DNA of 62,278 nt from Candidatus Xenobia bacterium (GTDB taxonomy: Bacteria > Vulcanimicrobiota > Xenobia > Xenobiales > QWHO01): positions 1-62,278 of the forward strand of contig BTUM01000047.1 in NCBI GenBank assembly GCA_045863235.1, in the 5' to 3' direction. Below are positions 20,309 through 30,150 of this stretch, piece by piece. Both the position numbers and the translations under genes were made by a program. The stretch's first letter is position 1; the number at the start of each line of letters is the position of its first letter. A model generated the notes under the pieces. The model made no database searches. It had not been told where the DNA came from and saw only the letters and a list, made by a program, of their open reading frames with translations.

Positions 20309-21409
20309 TCAGTGACTCATCGCATTGGGGCTGCTGAAGCCGCCGAAGGGGCTGCTCGCCAGAGGCATCAAGAACCTGGTCGACAGATCGAGGTCAAATC
20401 CGAATACCTGTTCTGAGGTACTCACGTAAAGCACGACCCTGCCGTTCTCGAGCGTCAGGATGGAGAACTCACGAGGGTCGTTTCCCCCGGCCGGAATCGG
20501 GAAGCCGGAAACGGGGAGCAACTCCCCCCGTGCGCCGATGTCGAAGGCGCTGATGCTGCTGCTGCCTGAATTACAGACGTAGAGCGTCCGACTGCCCGAG
20601 GGGGCGACCAGAGTGGTCATACCGCCTGGCTTCACGCCGCCGCAGGGAGTCATTCCCAGGGGAGTCAGATTGCCGGTGGCCGGGTCCACCAGCAAACGCG
20701 AGATCGAGTTGGCAACCTGGTTGGTGATGTAGACGTTGCCCTCGATGGAGAAGATGCTTCCGGGCATGTCTCCGGCCTGCGGGTTGGGAAACGGCGACCC
20801 CGGCACCTCGGTCAGGGTGCCCCTGGCCGGGTCGACGAGGTAGACGGAAATATCGTTGGTCTCGGTGTTGCTGGCCAGAACAAAACTGGGATGACCGTTC
20901 GCCCCCCTGGCAACGGTGGTATCATTGGTACCGCTTCCGCTGATCGCGACCGAGTCCGTCTCGGTCAGAGAGCCACCGGCCGGATCGAGATGGAAGCACT
21001 TGAGGACTCCATCCAGGCCCTGGGCGAAGACAACCGTGCGATCGTCCACGGGGATGCCCGAGAGCACCTGGGGGACGTCACTTCCCAGAGGGAGGGTCCG
21101 GGCCTGAGTCAACCGTCCGGTCGAGTCGTCATAGCGGAAGGTGGACAGCGAATTGGAGCCGGCGCCGCTGCCGCTGTTGGCGACCAGCAAGAACTCCCCC
21201 ATCATCAACAACTCGGAGGGACGATTGGGGGTGCTGAAGGGAGAGCCGGCCACCTGAGATAGGGAGCCGTCGGGAGCTACCCGGGAGACACTGACGGACG
21301 GGCGATCGGTGTTGGCCACCAGCAGAAAGGGGGCCGATGTCCTGGGGTCCTCCGCCGAGGCGATGGCAAGGGGACACAGGACCAGGCACGCGCCGAAGAT
21401 CAGGATCAA
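20309..21409 (-). CDS. Secreted lactonase-family beta-propeller protein
   Basis: Signal peptide; repeats such as G.LTEVPGSPF and LYVCNSGSSSIS. Confidence 0.8.
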   Translation of the reverse strand: MILIFGACLVLCPLAIASAEDPRTSAPFLLVANTDRPSVSVSRVAPDGSLSQVAGSPFSTPNRPSELLMMGEFLLVANSGSGAGSNSLSTFRYDDSTGRLTQARTLPLGSDVPQVLSGIPVDDRTVVFAQGLDGVLKCFHLDPAGGSLTETDSVAISGSGTNDTTVARGANGHPSFVLASNTETNDISVYLVDPARGTLTEVPGSPFPNPQAGDMPGSIFSIEGNVYITNQVANSISRLLVDPATGNLTPLGMTPCGGVKPGGMTTLVAPSGSRTLYVCNSGSSSISAFDIGARGELLPVSGFPIPAGGNDPREFSILTLENGRVVLYVSTSEQVFGFDLDLSTRFLMPLASSPFGGFSSPNAMSH

Positions 21410-21461
21410 AAGGACGTTTCCGATCGAAGGCCGGCTTCGGCAGGTCGGAAGCAGGAAACCC

Positions 21462-21644
21462 TCAGTTCAGACGTACCAGACGCGATGGCATGGTGTCAGG
21501 AAGCTCGAGCCCAGGCTCGAACTCGCGGCTCAGGCTTTCCAGCAGCGAGCGCATCGTACCCTCTCGCATCGCCTGGTAAACGCCGCCCACTACTTCTTCG
21601 ATCTGCTTGTCGCTGACAGTCATCACATTCTCTCCCTGATACAA
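21462..21644 (-). CDS. Small hypothetical protein
   Basis: Short ORF; GGGAGAG lies before an internal ATG (MTVSDKQ); start uncertain. Confidence 0.45.
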   Translation of the reverse strand: MYQGENVMTVSDKQIEEVVGGVYQAMREGTMRSLLESLSREFEPGLELPDTMPSRLVRLN

Positions 21645-21753
21645 AGCCTCGGGAGAATACTCCTTGCAGCCTCAACACTCCTTCAGGCAAATTTCAGGCC
21701 GCTCGTTTAGACTGCAGCCACAAAGAACCCCGCCCGGGGGAGGAGGACCCATC

Positions 21754-22245
21754 ATGGTACTAACCCAAGCCACTGCCAATCAGGCCGCTCGCCCGTCGAG
21801 CGCGGTCTCGCCCCAGGTCTTCAACCAGCCCACCTCGTCGGCCGCCCCCCCGCAAGAGACGGTGCAACTCTCAGGGGGCGGGATGAGCATCTCCACCAAG
21901 AATGCTATCGTTTCGGCCGTAGCCGGCCTGGGCATCTCGGCCCTGGCCCTCAGCGGCGTGATGCCGGGAGGCCACATCGGCACCTGGCTCGGCGGCATGG
22001 CCGTTTTCGCCCTGACCAAGGGCATCTACCACGGCGTCGAAGAGATTCGCGCCAACAAGGCCAACGGCAGCCCCTACTCGGACGGCTCCTGCTTCAAGCT
22101 GGGTTTCACCGAGTATGGCAAGCGCAATATCCTCAACGGCCTGCTTCATTCCACCATCAACACCGCCTGCGCCGGCTTCGGCCCGATGGGCGTTCTGGCC
22201 GGAGCGGGCATCAGCGGCACGCTCACCAAGCTCACCGGCTACTGA
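21754..22245 (+). CDS. Hypothetical membrane protein with low-complexity N-terminus
   Basis: AGGAGG RBS; Gly-rich hydrophobic helices; terminator follows. Confidence 0.75.
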   Translation: MVLTQATANQAARPSSAVSPQVFNQPTSSAAPPQETVQLSGGGMSISTKNAIVSAVAGLGISALALSGVMPGGHIGTWLGGMAVFALTKGIYHGVEEIRANKANGSPYSDGSCFKLGFTEYGKRNILNGLLHSTINTACAGFGPMGVLAGAGISGTLTKLTGY

Positions 22246-22262
22246 CGGCCAGCCACTTCGAG

Positions 22263-22290
22263 AGGACAGCCCCTCCAGGGCTGTCCTTTT
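22263..22290 (+). terminator. Intrinsic terminator
   Basis: AGGACAGCCC-ctcca-GGGCTGTCCT-TTT. Confidence 0.75.
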
Positions 22291-22336
22291 GCATGTACGC
22301 AGGATCTCCCAGGGCCTGCGAGAACGACCGGAAGCT

Positions 22337-24793
22337 TTGTCCAGCCTAGCGCGCTTTCTAGCCTGCCTGCTGATTTTGACCGTCATTGCGCGAGCCGAGT
22401 TGCTCGACCCGGGCGGCGACAAGCGCCTGCTGGTCACCTCCGACGACCGCCTCGTCGAGCTCGACCCCACCAGCGGCGTGCATCGCCAGCTGCTCCGCCT
22501 GCCCGGGCTCAAAGACGGCAGCCTGCAGCAACTCTCCAAGGAGCGCTGGCTTCTGCTCGGAGAGGACGGCCTCACCTCCCTCTCGCCCGCCGGGCAGGTG
22601 CTGTGGCGCTCCGAGCTTCAGGGAACGCTCGTGTGGGGCCCTGAGGCGGTGGGGGACACGGGCCTGGCCCTGGTCGTCCAGGCTCCGGACAAGAGCTGCC
22701 AGCTCACCGTCCTCGACCTGGCCACCGGCACTGCCAGCCTGCAAGCCGGACTGCCCGGCAAGCCGGGCCAGGTCTTTCCCAGCAACGGGAACTGGCTGCT
22801 GGTCATCAATCCCCCCGAGCCAGCTCCCTTCAATCCCGGTTACCGCCGCCTGGCGCCTCCTCCCATCCCCGAGCCGGGGCCGGAGCAGCTGGTCCTGGTG
22901 GACGGGAAGACGGGCGACGTGCTCTGGTCGCTGGTGCCCGAGGGCAAGCTCGAGGGCGGCCCCTGGCTGATGGGCGACCGGGTGCTGGAGGTGGAGCAAG
23001 GCGGCGCAGAAAGCCCGTATTTCCTGGTCAGCATCGAGCCCGTGCCGCACATCCTCAAGGGCCTCACGCGAGCCTGGAACTACCCCCTCCAAGAGCTGCC
23101 CAACTACCAGTGGGACCTTCCCCTGCAAGGCCGACTGGTGGGTGCTCCCGTGGCCGCCGGCGAGCGCGTTCTGGTGCTCGAGCGAACAACCGGAGACCGC
23201 ATTCTCATGCTCGAGCAAGAGCAGGGCAACCTGGCCTGGGATCTGGCCCTGGAGGGCGAGGTGCTGCCCGACGCCGAGGGCAAGCCGCTGCTGCTGCTGC
23301 GCGACAACGACCTGGTGGTCTTTCAGAAGGCAAAGGAGGGCACCCGGGTGCGCTGGCTCAATCGCCAGACGGGCTCGGTGGAAAACGAGCTCGAGCTGGC
23401 CGGGGAGCCGCTCAACTGTTTCGAGCAGGGCGAACGACTCTACGTGTTCCTGAAGAGCTCGGCTCCCGAGCCGCGGCTGGACTCGGCCGGGCAGCCGGTC
23501 ATCAATCCCAAGACCCGTCAGGCCGAGCAGACCATCGTGGAGAGCTTCCGCCTGGTGGAGCTGAGCGACTCGGAGCGGACGGTGCTGGACCTTCCGCGCT
23601 CGAGCCTGCTGGGCACCCCGGTGCTCAAGGACGGCCGGCTTACCTTTGCCAGCCGGTTGACCCCGGCCCAGGCCGCCGGCCAGAGCCGGGCCATCGACGT
23701 CAAGTATCCTCAAGAGCCGATCGTGCTGCACGCGATCGACCTGACCCAGGGCAAGGAGCTGTGGAGCTATCGCCCCGCCCGGCCCGACGACCGGATCGCC
23801 GAAGACTGGGGGTTCGTGGGCGCGCAAATCTGGTTTTCTACCCCCGACAAGCGCATCGTGCTGCTCGACGCCACCACCGGCCAGGTCGTGTCCACCTCGG
23901 CCCGGCTACCCACGATGGCCAGCTCGCTCGAGAGGGTGAACGATTGCCTGGTGGCCACCCTGGGCTCGGACCGCTACCTCGGCCTCAAGGCCGATGCTAC
24001 CCTCGCCTGGCCCGAGCAGAGCTTCGTGCCCTTCTTCGACATGTCCAAGCTCAACAACCTGATCGGCGTGGCCGTGCTGGTGGTGTTCCTGGCCTACTTC
24101 ATCTATGCGGCCCGCAAGAAGGACCTCTTCATCCGGCGCATCGCCGGCCTGAACGCCCTGGACGAGGCGGTGGGGCGGGCCACCGAGATGGGCAAGCCGG
24201 TGCTCTACGTGCACGGCCTGGCGGACGTGGACGACATCCAGATCCTGGCCTCGCTCTCCATCCTGGGCCACGTGGCCAAGAAGACGGCCGAGTACGACAC
24301 CCCGATCCTGGTGCCCTGCAGCCGCTCGGTGGTGATGAGCACGGCCCAGGAGGTGGTCAAGGAGTCCTACACCGCCGCCGGCCGCCCGGACGCCTTCCAG
24401 CGTGATAATATCAACTACCTCACCGACGAGCAGTTCGGCTACGTGGCCGGCGTGGACGGCATCATGCTGCGCGAGAAACCAGCTGCCAACTTCTACCTGG
24501 GCACCTTCTACGCCGAGTCGCTCATTCTGGCCGAGACGGGGCACTCCACCGGGGCCATCCAGATCGCCGGCACGGCCATGCCCTCCCAGCTTCCCTTCTT
24601 TGTTTCGGCCTGCGACTACACCTTGATCGGGGAAGAGCTCTACGCTGCCTCGGCCTACCTCTCGCGCGATCCGATGCAGGTGGGCAGCCTGCGCGGCCAG
24701 GACGTGGGCAAGGCCCTGCTCATGGTCTGCATCTTCGTGGGCGCCCTGTTGGTGACGTTCGGTTACCCGGTGGTCAAGGAGTGGTTCAAGTGA
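22337..24793 (+). CDS. PQQ-like beta-propeller ectodomain fused to a DUF6754-like membrane domain
   Basis: Propeller motifs D..TG.VLW and DLTQGKELW; TM helix, then IRRIAGLNALDEAVGRATEMGKPV...TLIGEELYAASAYLS; start approximate. Confidence 0.75.
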   Translation: MSSLARFLACLLILTVIARAELLDPGGDKRLLVTSDDRLVELDPTSGVHRQLLRLPGLKDGSLQQLSKERWLLLGEDGLTSLSPAGQVLWRSELQGTLVWGPEAVGDTGLALVVQAPDKSCQLTVLDLATGTASLQAGLPGKPGQVFPSNGNWLLVINPPEPAPFNPGYRRLAPPPIPEPGPEQLVLVDGKTGDVLWSLVPEGKLEGGPWLMGDRVLEVEQGGAESPYFLVSIEPVPHILKGLTRAWNYPLQELPNYQWDLPLQGRLVGAPVAAGERVLVLERTTGDRILMLEQEQGNLAWDLALEGEVLPDAEGKPLLLLRDNDLVVFQKAKEGTRVRWLNRQTGSVENELELAGEPLNCFEQGERLYVFLKSSAPEPRLDSAGQPVINPKTRQAEQTIVESFRLVELSDSERTVLDLPRSSLLGTPVLKDGRLTFASRLTPAQAAGQSRAIDVKYPQEPIVLHAIDLTQGKELWSYRPARPDDRIAEDWGFVGAQIWFSTPDKRIVLLDATTGQVVSTSARLPTMASSLERVNDCLVATLGSDRYLGLKADATLAWPEQSFVPFFDMSKLNNLIGVAVLVVFLAYFIYAARKKDLFIRRIAGLNALDEAVGRATEMGKPVLYVHGLADVDDIQILASLSILGHVAKKTAEYDTPILVPCSRSVVMSTAQEVVKESYTAAGRPDAFQRDNINYLTDEQFGYVAGVDGIMLREKPAANFYLGTFYAESLILAETGHSTGAIQIAGTAMPSQLPFFVSACDYTLIGEELYAASAYLSRDPMQVGSLRGQDVGKALLMVCIFVGALLVTFGYPVVKEWFK

Positions 24794-25482
24794 AGCGCCA
24801 GATCCCGCTCTTCATCACCTTTCTGGCCGGATTGGCCATGATGGTGCAGTTCTACCTGCCGGCCTGGAACGACTGGGGCGACCGGTTCCTGACCTGGTTT
24901 GGCATCCTGGCTGCGGTAGCCTACGTACTGGGAGCGGGCAGCCTGTTCGTGGTCAACGGCAAGGTCATCCAGCGCCGGGGGCGCGACTGGCAGTTCAAAG
25001 CGGTGCTGCTGGCCTCGCTGTCGACCACCCTGATCATCGGCCTCTTCTGGCGCTACACCAGCGAGGCCGGAGTGATGGGCTGGCTCAATCCCTCGGTGCT
25101 GCCCACCGACGAGGGCACCTGGTTCGACTTCATGTTCCAGTACGTGTACACGCCGCTTTCGGCCACCATGTTCAGCCTGCTGGCCTTCTTCATCGCCTCG
25201 GCCTCGTTTCGCGCCTTCCGGGCCCGCTCCATCGAGTCCACCCTGCTCCTGGGCACGGCCTTCATCGTGATGATCTTCCGCGTGCCCCTGGGTGAGGTGA
25301 TCTGGAACAACCTGCCCTTCTTCGGCCAGTACAACATCGGCAAGCTGATCGAAGACTTCATCATGAACGGTTTCAATGCGGCCGGCCAGCGGGCCGTGCT
25401 GCTCGGCTCGTCCATCGGCCTCATCTCGGTCTCGGTCAAGATCATGCTCGGCATCGAGCGCTCCTACCTGGGGGGCGACTGA
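24790..25482 (+). CDS. Polytopic membrane protein (DUF6754-associated cluster)
   Basis: TMFSLLAFFIASASFRAFRAR; overlapping start/stop with neighbours. Confidence 0.8.
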   Translation: MKRQIPLFITFLAGLAMMVQFYLPAWNDWGDRFLTWFGILAAVAYVLGAGSLFVVNGKVIQRRGRDWQFKAVLLASLSTTLIIGLFWRYTSEAGVMGWLNPSVLPTDEGTWFDFMFQYVYTPLSATMFSLLAFFIASASFRAFRARSIESTLLLGTAFIVMIFRVPLGEVIWNNLPFFGQYNIGKLIEDFIMNGFNAAGQRAVLLGSSIGLISVSVKIMLGIERSYLGGD

Positions 25483-26303
25483 TGGAGTTTCTCGAGCGCC
25501 TCTCCCGGCTCGACCGGCGCTACATCTTCATGGTCATCGCCCTGGTGGTGGTGCTGCCTTTCTTCTTCCCGCTCAACCTGCCGGTGGACCCTACCGGAGC
25601 CACTCGCGGCATCTACTCGGCAGTGGACAAGCTGCCCCCCGACAGCCTGGTGCTCATGGGGATCGATTACGGGCCCTCCACCTCGGTCGAGCTCGAGCCG
25701 ATGGTGATCGCGGCCCTGCGCCAGTGCTTTCCCAAGAACGTCAAGGTGGTCATGATGTCCATCAGCCCGGAAGGGGCCCTGCAGAGCCGGGGCGCTCTGA
25801 ACGGGCCGGTGGCCGAGTTCCGGCGCCAGACCGGCACCGATTACGTGAACCTGGGCTACATCGCCGGGGCCGACAAAGCCCTGCGGGCCGTGGGCAGCGG
25901 CTTTACCACCCAGTTCAAGCGCGACATCGACGGACGGCCCATCAACCAGCTGCCTTTGATGAAGCGGGTCAAGGACTACTCCAGTTTCGACCTGGTGCTG
26001 GACTTCTCCAGCGGCTATCCGGGCGGGTTGGAGTACGTCAAGGTGGTGGCCGCCGGCTACAAGCGCCCCCTGGGCCTGGGCGTGACCGCCGTTACCGTGC
26101 CCGAGTATTACCCCTACCTCAACTCGGGCCAGCTGGTGGGCATGCTCGGGGGCCTGCGGGGGGCGGCCGAATATGAGACCCTGATCAAGGTGCCCGGCAC
26201 CGCCACCCCGGCCATGGACGCCCAGTCCATCGCCCACTTCACTATCGCCGGGTTCATCATGTTCGCCAACGTGGTCTACTTTCTGGGGAGGCGACGCAAG
26301 TGA
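25482..26303 (+). CDS. Membrane-anchored periplasmic-domain protein (cluster member)
   Basis: TM at each end; DYVNLGY, PYLNSGQLVGMLGGLRGAAEYE. Confidence 0.8.
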   Translation: MEFLERLSRLDRRYIFMVIALVVVLPFFFPLNLPVDPTGATRGIYSAVDKLPPDSLVLMGIDYGPSTSVELEPMVIAALRQCFPKNVKVVMMSISPEGALQSRGALNGPVAEFRRQTGTDYVNLGYIAGADKALRAVGSGFTTQFKRDIDGRPINQLPLMKRVKDYSSFDLVLDFSSGYPGGLEYVKVVAAGYKRPLGLGVTAVTVPEYYPYLNSGQLVGMLGGLRGAAEYETLIKVPGTATPAMDAQSIAHFTIAGFIMFANVVYFLGRRRK

Positions 26304-26950
26304 CCGAAGCCTACCAGACTGTCGGCCTGTTCATCGCCGCCTTCCTGACCATGTGCATCTTCAGCTTCCTGTACAAGGACAACCCCTTCTACAAGTTCGC
26401 TGAGCACGTCTTCATCGGTTGCTCGGCCGGCTACTGGATGGTGCTGGGCTACTGGACCATGATCAAGCCCAACCTGATCGACCGGCTGATGGTGGGCGAG
26501 TGGGTCTTCCTGGTGCCGGCCGTGATGGGCGTCATGTTGCTCTTGCGGCTGGTGCCCTCGGTGAGCTGGGTGAGCCGCTGGTCGATCTGCTTCATGGTGG
26601 GGATTACGGCGGGCTTTCAGATCGTCTACACGATGGAAGCCCAGGTGCTCGAGCAGGTGAGCGCCACCATCGTGCCCCTCTGGGTGCAGGGGAACTTCTC
26701 CCAGACCCTGGCCAACTGGATTCTGGTGGTGGGCGTGTTGACCGGCCTGATCTACTTCTACTTCTCGGTCGAGCACAAGGGCCCGCTCTTCGGCTGGACC
26801 TCGCGCATCGGCATCTGGGTGCTGATGATCGCCTTCGGAGCCGCCTTCGGCTACACCGTGATGGCCCGCGTGTCGCTCTTGATCGGTCGAGTGCTCTTCT
26901 TCCGAGACGACTTCTTCCCCATGCTCGGGCGGCTCTTCGGCGGGGGCTGA
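26300..26950 (+). CDS. Polytopic membrane protein (cluster member)
   Basis: FSFLYKDNPFYKFAEHVFIG, FGAAFGYTVMARVSLLIGR. Confidence 0.8.
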   Translation: MTEAYQTVGLFIAAFLTMCIFSFLYKDNPFYKFAEHVFIGCSAGYWMVLGYWTMIKPNLIDRLMVGEWVFLVPAVMGVMLLLRLVPSVSWVSRWSICFMVGITAGFQIVYTMEAQVLEQVSATIVPLWVQGNFSQTLANWILVVGVLTGLIYFYFSVEHKGPLFGWTSRIGIWVLMIAFGAAFGYTVMARVSLLIGRVLFFRDDFFPMLGRLFGGG

Positions 26951-26951
26951 G

Positions 26952-27738
26952 GTGCGAAGGGCGATCTTCGTCATGGTGGCGGTGGCCGTGGTGGTGCCGA
27001 TGTCGCTGGGGATCCCCCTGAGTTGCCCCTCCACCGAGCCGACCATGCGGGTCTACCGCTGGGTCGAAAGCCTGCCGCCGGGCAGCCTGGTCTGGTTCGG
27101 CTACGATGGCTGGGCCTCGTCGGTGGCCGAGGTCGGCCCCTCGGCCGTGGTGGTGGCGCGCCACTTGCTCAGCCGGGGGTGCCGGCTGGTGGTCACCTCC
27201 ACCATCCCCGACGGCTCGCTCCTGGCCCGCAAGTACGTGGGCCGGGTGGCCCAGGCCATGGGCAAGAAGTACGGCGTGGACTACGTCATCCTGGGCTACC
27301 GGGCCGGGGACATGAAGGCCATCCGCCAGATGGGGGCGGGCCTGCACGGTGCCCACCGCACCGACGTCAACGGCACTCCGCTGGCCCAGCTGCCCATCCT
27401 GCGGGGCGTGGGGGATGCCCGAAGCTTTCGCCGGTATCTTCACCGCCACCGACAACAAGACGTTCGAGTGGTACGCCATCGTGGTGAAAAGCCAGTACGG
27501 CGTGCCGGTCTACGGGGCCTCCACCGCGGTAGGAGTGCCCGAGCTCTACTCCTACTACAATGCGGGCCAGATTTCAGGCTTGCTGGCGGGCCTGCGAGGA
27601 GCGGCCGAATACGAGACGCTGCGCAACGATCCCGGCAACGCCGAGGCCGGCATGCTGGCCCAGTCTTCGGTGCACTTTCTGGTGTGTGGGCTGATCCTGG
27701 TCTCCAACGTCCTTTACTTCAGGGGCAAAAGGCGATGA
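26952..27738 (+). pseudogene. Frameshifted paralog of 25482..26303 (pseudogene or sequencing error)
   Basis: N-half (DYVILGY) lies in the 26952 frame and C-half (YNAGQISGLLAGLRGAAEYE) in the 27349 frame; removing one T at 27426-27428 joins them. Confidence 0.8.
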
Positions 27739-28130
27739 TGGAGCTTTGCCACCATCCCGCCGCCCGCCGCCCCGGCCTGGCCCTGCTTGTCTGCTTCGGC
27801 CTGGGTCTGCTGGGCTCGGCCGCCTGGCAGTTCCTGCCCGAGCCGCTGGTGACGCTGCCGCTGCTGGCCTTTCTGGCTTACAGTCTGATGCCGTTCTTTG
27901 TGCCCACGCGCTACCGGCTGGGGCCGACCGGGCTCGAGGTGGGCGCTCGACGCTACGCCTGGGAGCGCTTCCGAGCCTTCGTCGTGGACAAGAACGGGGT
28001 CTTCCTGACCCCTTACCGCCGGAGCGCGCCTACCGAGCGGCTGCGGGGAGTCTTTCTGCCGCTGCACCGCGAGGACCGCCTGAAGGTGGTGGAGTGGCTG
28101 CGCGAGCGGGGACTGGAGGAGCGGCCATGA
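27735..28130 (+). CDS. Hypothetical membrane protein (2 TM plus PH-like domain)
   Basis: ATGA overlap with the upstream stop; FFVPTRYRL...RRYAWERFR...NGVFLTPY. Confidence 0.7.
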   Translation: MMELCHHPAARRPGLALLVCFGLGLLGSAAWQFLPEPLVTLPLLAFLAYSLMPFFVPTRYRLGPTGLEVGARRYAWERFRAFVVDKNGVFLTPYRRSAPTERLRGVFLPLHREDRLKVVEWLRERGLEERP

Positions 28131-28381
28131 TCGACCGCCTGGCCGAGCTGGTCGTGCGCCGCGAGCTGGCACCGCTGGCCATCTTCTGCCTGGAGGCGGG
28201 CAAGCCGTTCAGCCGGGTGGGCAGCCAGGCGCTGATCTTCTTTCTGCCCCTGGCCCGCACGCTGCTGCGGAGTGCGACCGACTACGAGGAGCTGATCGAG
28301 CTTTTGGACGACCGCGACGAGCTCGAGCGGCTGATCTGCCGCATCGAGGCACTGGAGGACGAGCGCCTGGCGCGAAAGTAA
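28127..28381 (+). CDS. Small hypothetical protein (last gene of the cluster)
   Basis: GGAGGAG RBS, ATGA overlap; MIDRLAELVVRRELAPLAIFCLEAGKP. Confidence 0.75.
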   Translation: MIDRLAELVVRRELAPLAIFCLEAGKPFSRVGSQALIFFLPLARTLLRSATDYEELIELLDDRDELERLICRIEALEDERLARK

Positions 28382-28445
28382 CCCTTCGTTCACCCACAAT
28401 GAAGGCGCCTGGGCCTAAACTTCCCCCGTGCGCTCCGTCTGTTTC

Positions 28446-29825
28446 ATGCCCGTGGTCGCCCAGGCTCCGCCCCGGCTGGCCTGGAAGCCCGCTCCCCGAC
28501 CGGCCGACCTTGATCGAGTCGAGCTGAGCGCTCCGACTGCCCCTGCTCGCCCGGCGCGTCTACCCGCCGCCGAGGCGCTGCACGACCTGATCCCCGGCCC
28601 GGTAGGGCTGGCACTGCTGAGCGCCACTCGCTCGCCCGGCCGCCCCAGCGAGGAAGCGCTGGCCTTCATCGACCGGTTCCATCGCGGCCTCGGGCTCGAG
28701 GGCGAGGGTTTGGAAGAAAAAGAGCGGCACATGAAAAAGAGCCCGCACAACTTCCTGCGCGACACGGCGGCGCTCTTTGTGGAAGACGTGCTGGGCCCGC
28801 ACCACCCCCTCGAGCTGCTGCCCCGCCCCGCCCCCGAGCTGACCGTGGCCGTGGACGTGCACCTGCAGAACTTCGGCATCGTGCGGGGAAGCGACGGCGA
28901 GCCGGTCTGGGGCTTGAACGACTTCGACCAGGCCGACCGCTCCACGCCCGAGCTGGATCTGGCCCGGCTGGCCACCAGCCTGGTGCTGCAGGTGCGCCAG
29001 GCCGAGTTGGACCCGGGCATCTCTCTTGAGGCCATCCAGGAGCTCTGTCAGAGCTACTGCGACGAGCTGGAGCATGCCCCGGGCGAGGGGGCCTTCCTGC
29101 GAGCGTCCGAGAGCGAGGGACCGGTGGAGACGCTCTTTGCGAAGGTGGATCCGGACCGCTGGACTTTCCTGCGCGAGCTGACCTCGCCCGAGGGAGAGCG
29201 CTTTGTGCGCGACGAGTCCATGCGCGAAGCTTCGCCCGAAGAGCGCGAGCGGGTGCTGGCCGGCCTGCGCGACTACGAGGAGCGCCTCGACCCCCTGGCC
29301 CCGCTGGACCGTCCCCTCGAGGTACTGGACATCGTCCAGCGCTGGGGCAGCGGGGGCGCCACGCTGGGTCTGCCGCGCTGGTATGCCCTGGTGGAGGGCG
29401 AGGAAGCGCCCTACGTGCTGGAGATCAAGCAGCTCCTGCCCACCCCCCTGGTGGACCGCACCGGCGACCTGAGCCGGGCCGACGCGGCCGCCACCGTGGC
29501 CAGCCAGGAGGCGCTGGGCGGGCGGCTGAACACGCTCACCGGCTACGCACCGGTGGCCGGCTACTCCATGATGGTGCGCGAGCGCGAGCCCGAGAAAGCC
29601 GCGCTCGGCTTCAAGGACCTCAATTCGGAGGAGGAGCTGCTCTCGATGATGCGCCAGTGCGGCCGGGTGCTGGCCCGGGCCCACGCCCGGACCCCCGAGC
29701 AGGCCGAACGGCTGCGAGCCTGGCTGGGAGAAGACCAGGAGCTCTTGTCCGCCAACCTGCACCGATTCGCCGCCCGTTATGCCGACCAGGCGGTGGCCGA
29801 CTGGCAGGCCTTCAGGAGCCGCTGA
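28446..29825 (+). CDS. DUF2252 family protein (kinase-like fold)
   Basis: MKKSPHNFLRDTA, DVHLQNFG, LNDFDQA, DLARLATSL, GRVLARAHAR. Confidence 0.82.
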   Translation: MPVVAQAPPRLAWKPAPRPADLDRVELSAPTAPARPARLPAAEALHDLIPGPVGLALLSATRSPGRPSEEALAFIDRFHRGLGLEGEGLEEKERHMKKSPHNFLRDTAALFVEDVLGPHHPLELLPRPAPELTVAVDVHLQNFGIVRGSDGEPVWGLNDFDQADRSTPELDLARLATSLVLQVRQAELDPGISLEAIQELCQSYCDELEHAPGEGAFLRASESEGPVETLFAKVDPDRWTFLRELTSPEGERFVRDESMREASPEERERVLAGLRDYEERLDPLAPLDRPLEVLDIVQRWGSGGATLGLPRWYALVEGEEAPYVLEIKQLLPTPLVDRTGDLSRADAAATVASQEALGGRLNTLTGYAPVAGYSMMVREREPEKAALGFKDLNSEEELLSMMRQCGRVLARAHARTPEQAERLRAWLGEDQELLSANLHRFAARYADQAVADWQAFRSR

Positions 29826-29829
29826 GGCT

Positions 29830-30047
29830 GGCCATCAGCTCGGGCAGCTCTCCCCAGATCAGGTGCCGCACCCCCTCCTCCCACTCCCCGTGCTCGAGGT
29901 AGAAGCTGCCCAGCCAGCTGGCCAGCAGCTGATCGGGCTGGCTCTGGAACCTGCGCGGCTTGTCATAAGCTTTGGAAAATCCAGAGTGAAGGACCCCACC
30001 GAATCGTGGCGGCCTTCCTGACGCAACTCAGCGAAAAGCTCATCCAT
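29830..30047 (-). pseudogene. Probable truncated, frameshifted gene remnant
   Basis: MDELFAELRQEGRHDSVGSFTLDF continues in a shifted frame as KAYDKPRRFQSQPDQLLASWLG and soon stops. Confidence 0.4.
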
Positions 30048-30150
30048 CTTCGGGAGGGTTCGGGCCGAATTTCGCTTCCATCCTGCCAGTCTCAAATTCT
30101 GCAAAGCTCTGCCGGATAGCTTGTATCCACCCCCCAAAGGAGGACGCAGG

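Noticed and set aside
26952..28130. Genuine 392-aa fusion protein
   Set aside because: The middle part is off-frame, Arg-rich sequence; a frameshift plus a separate gene at 27735 explains it better.
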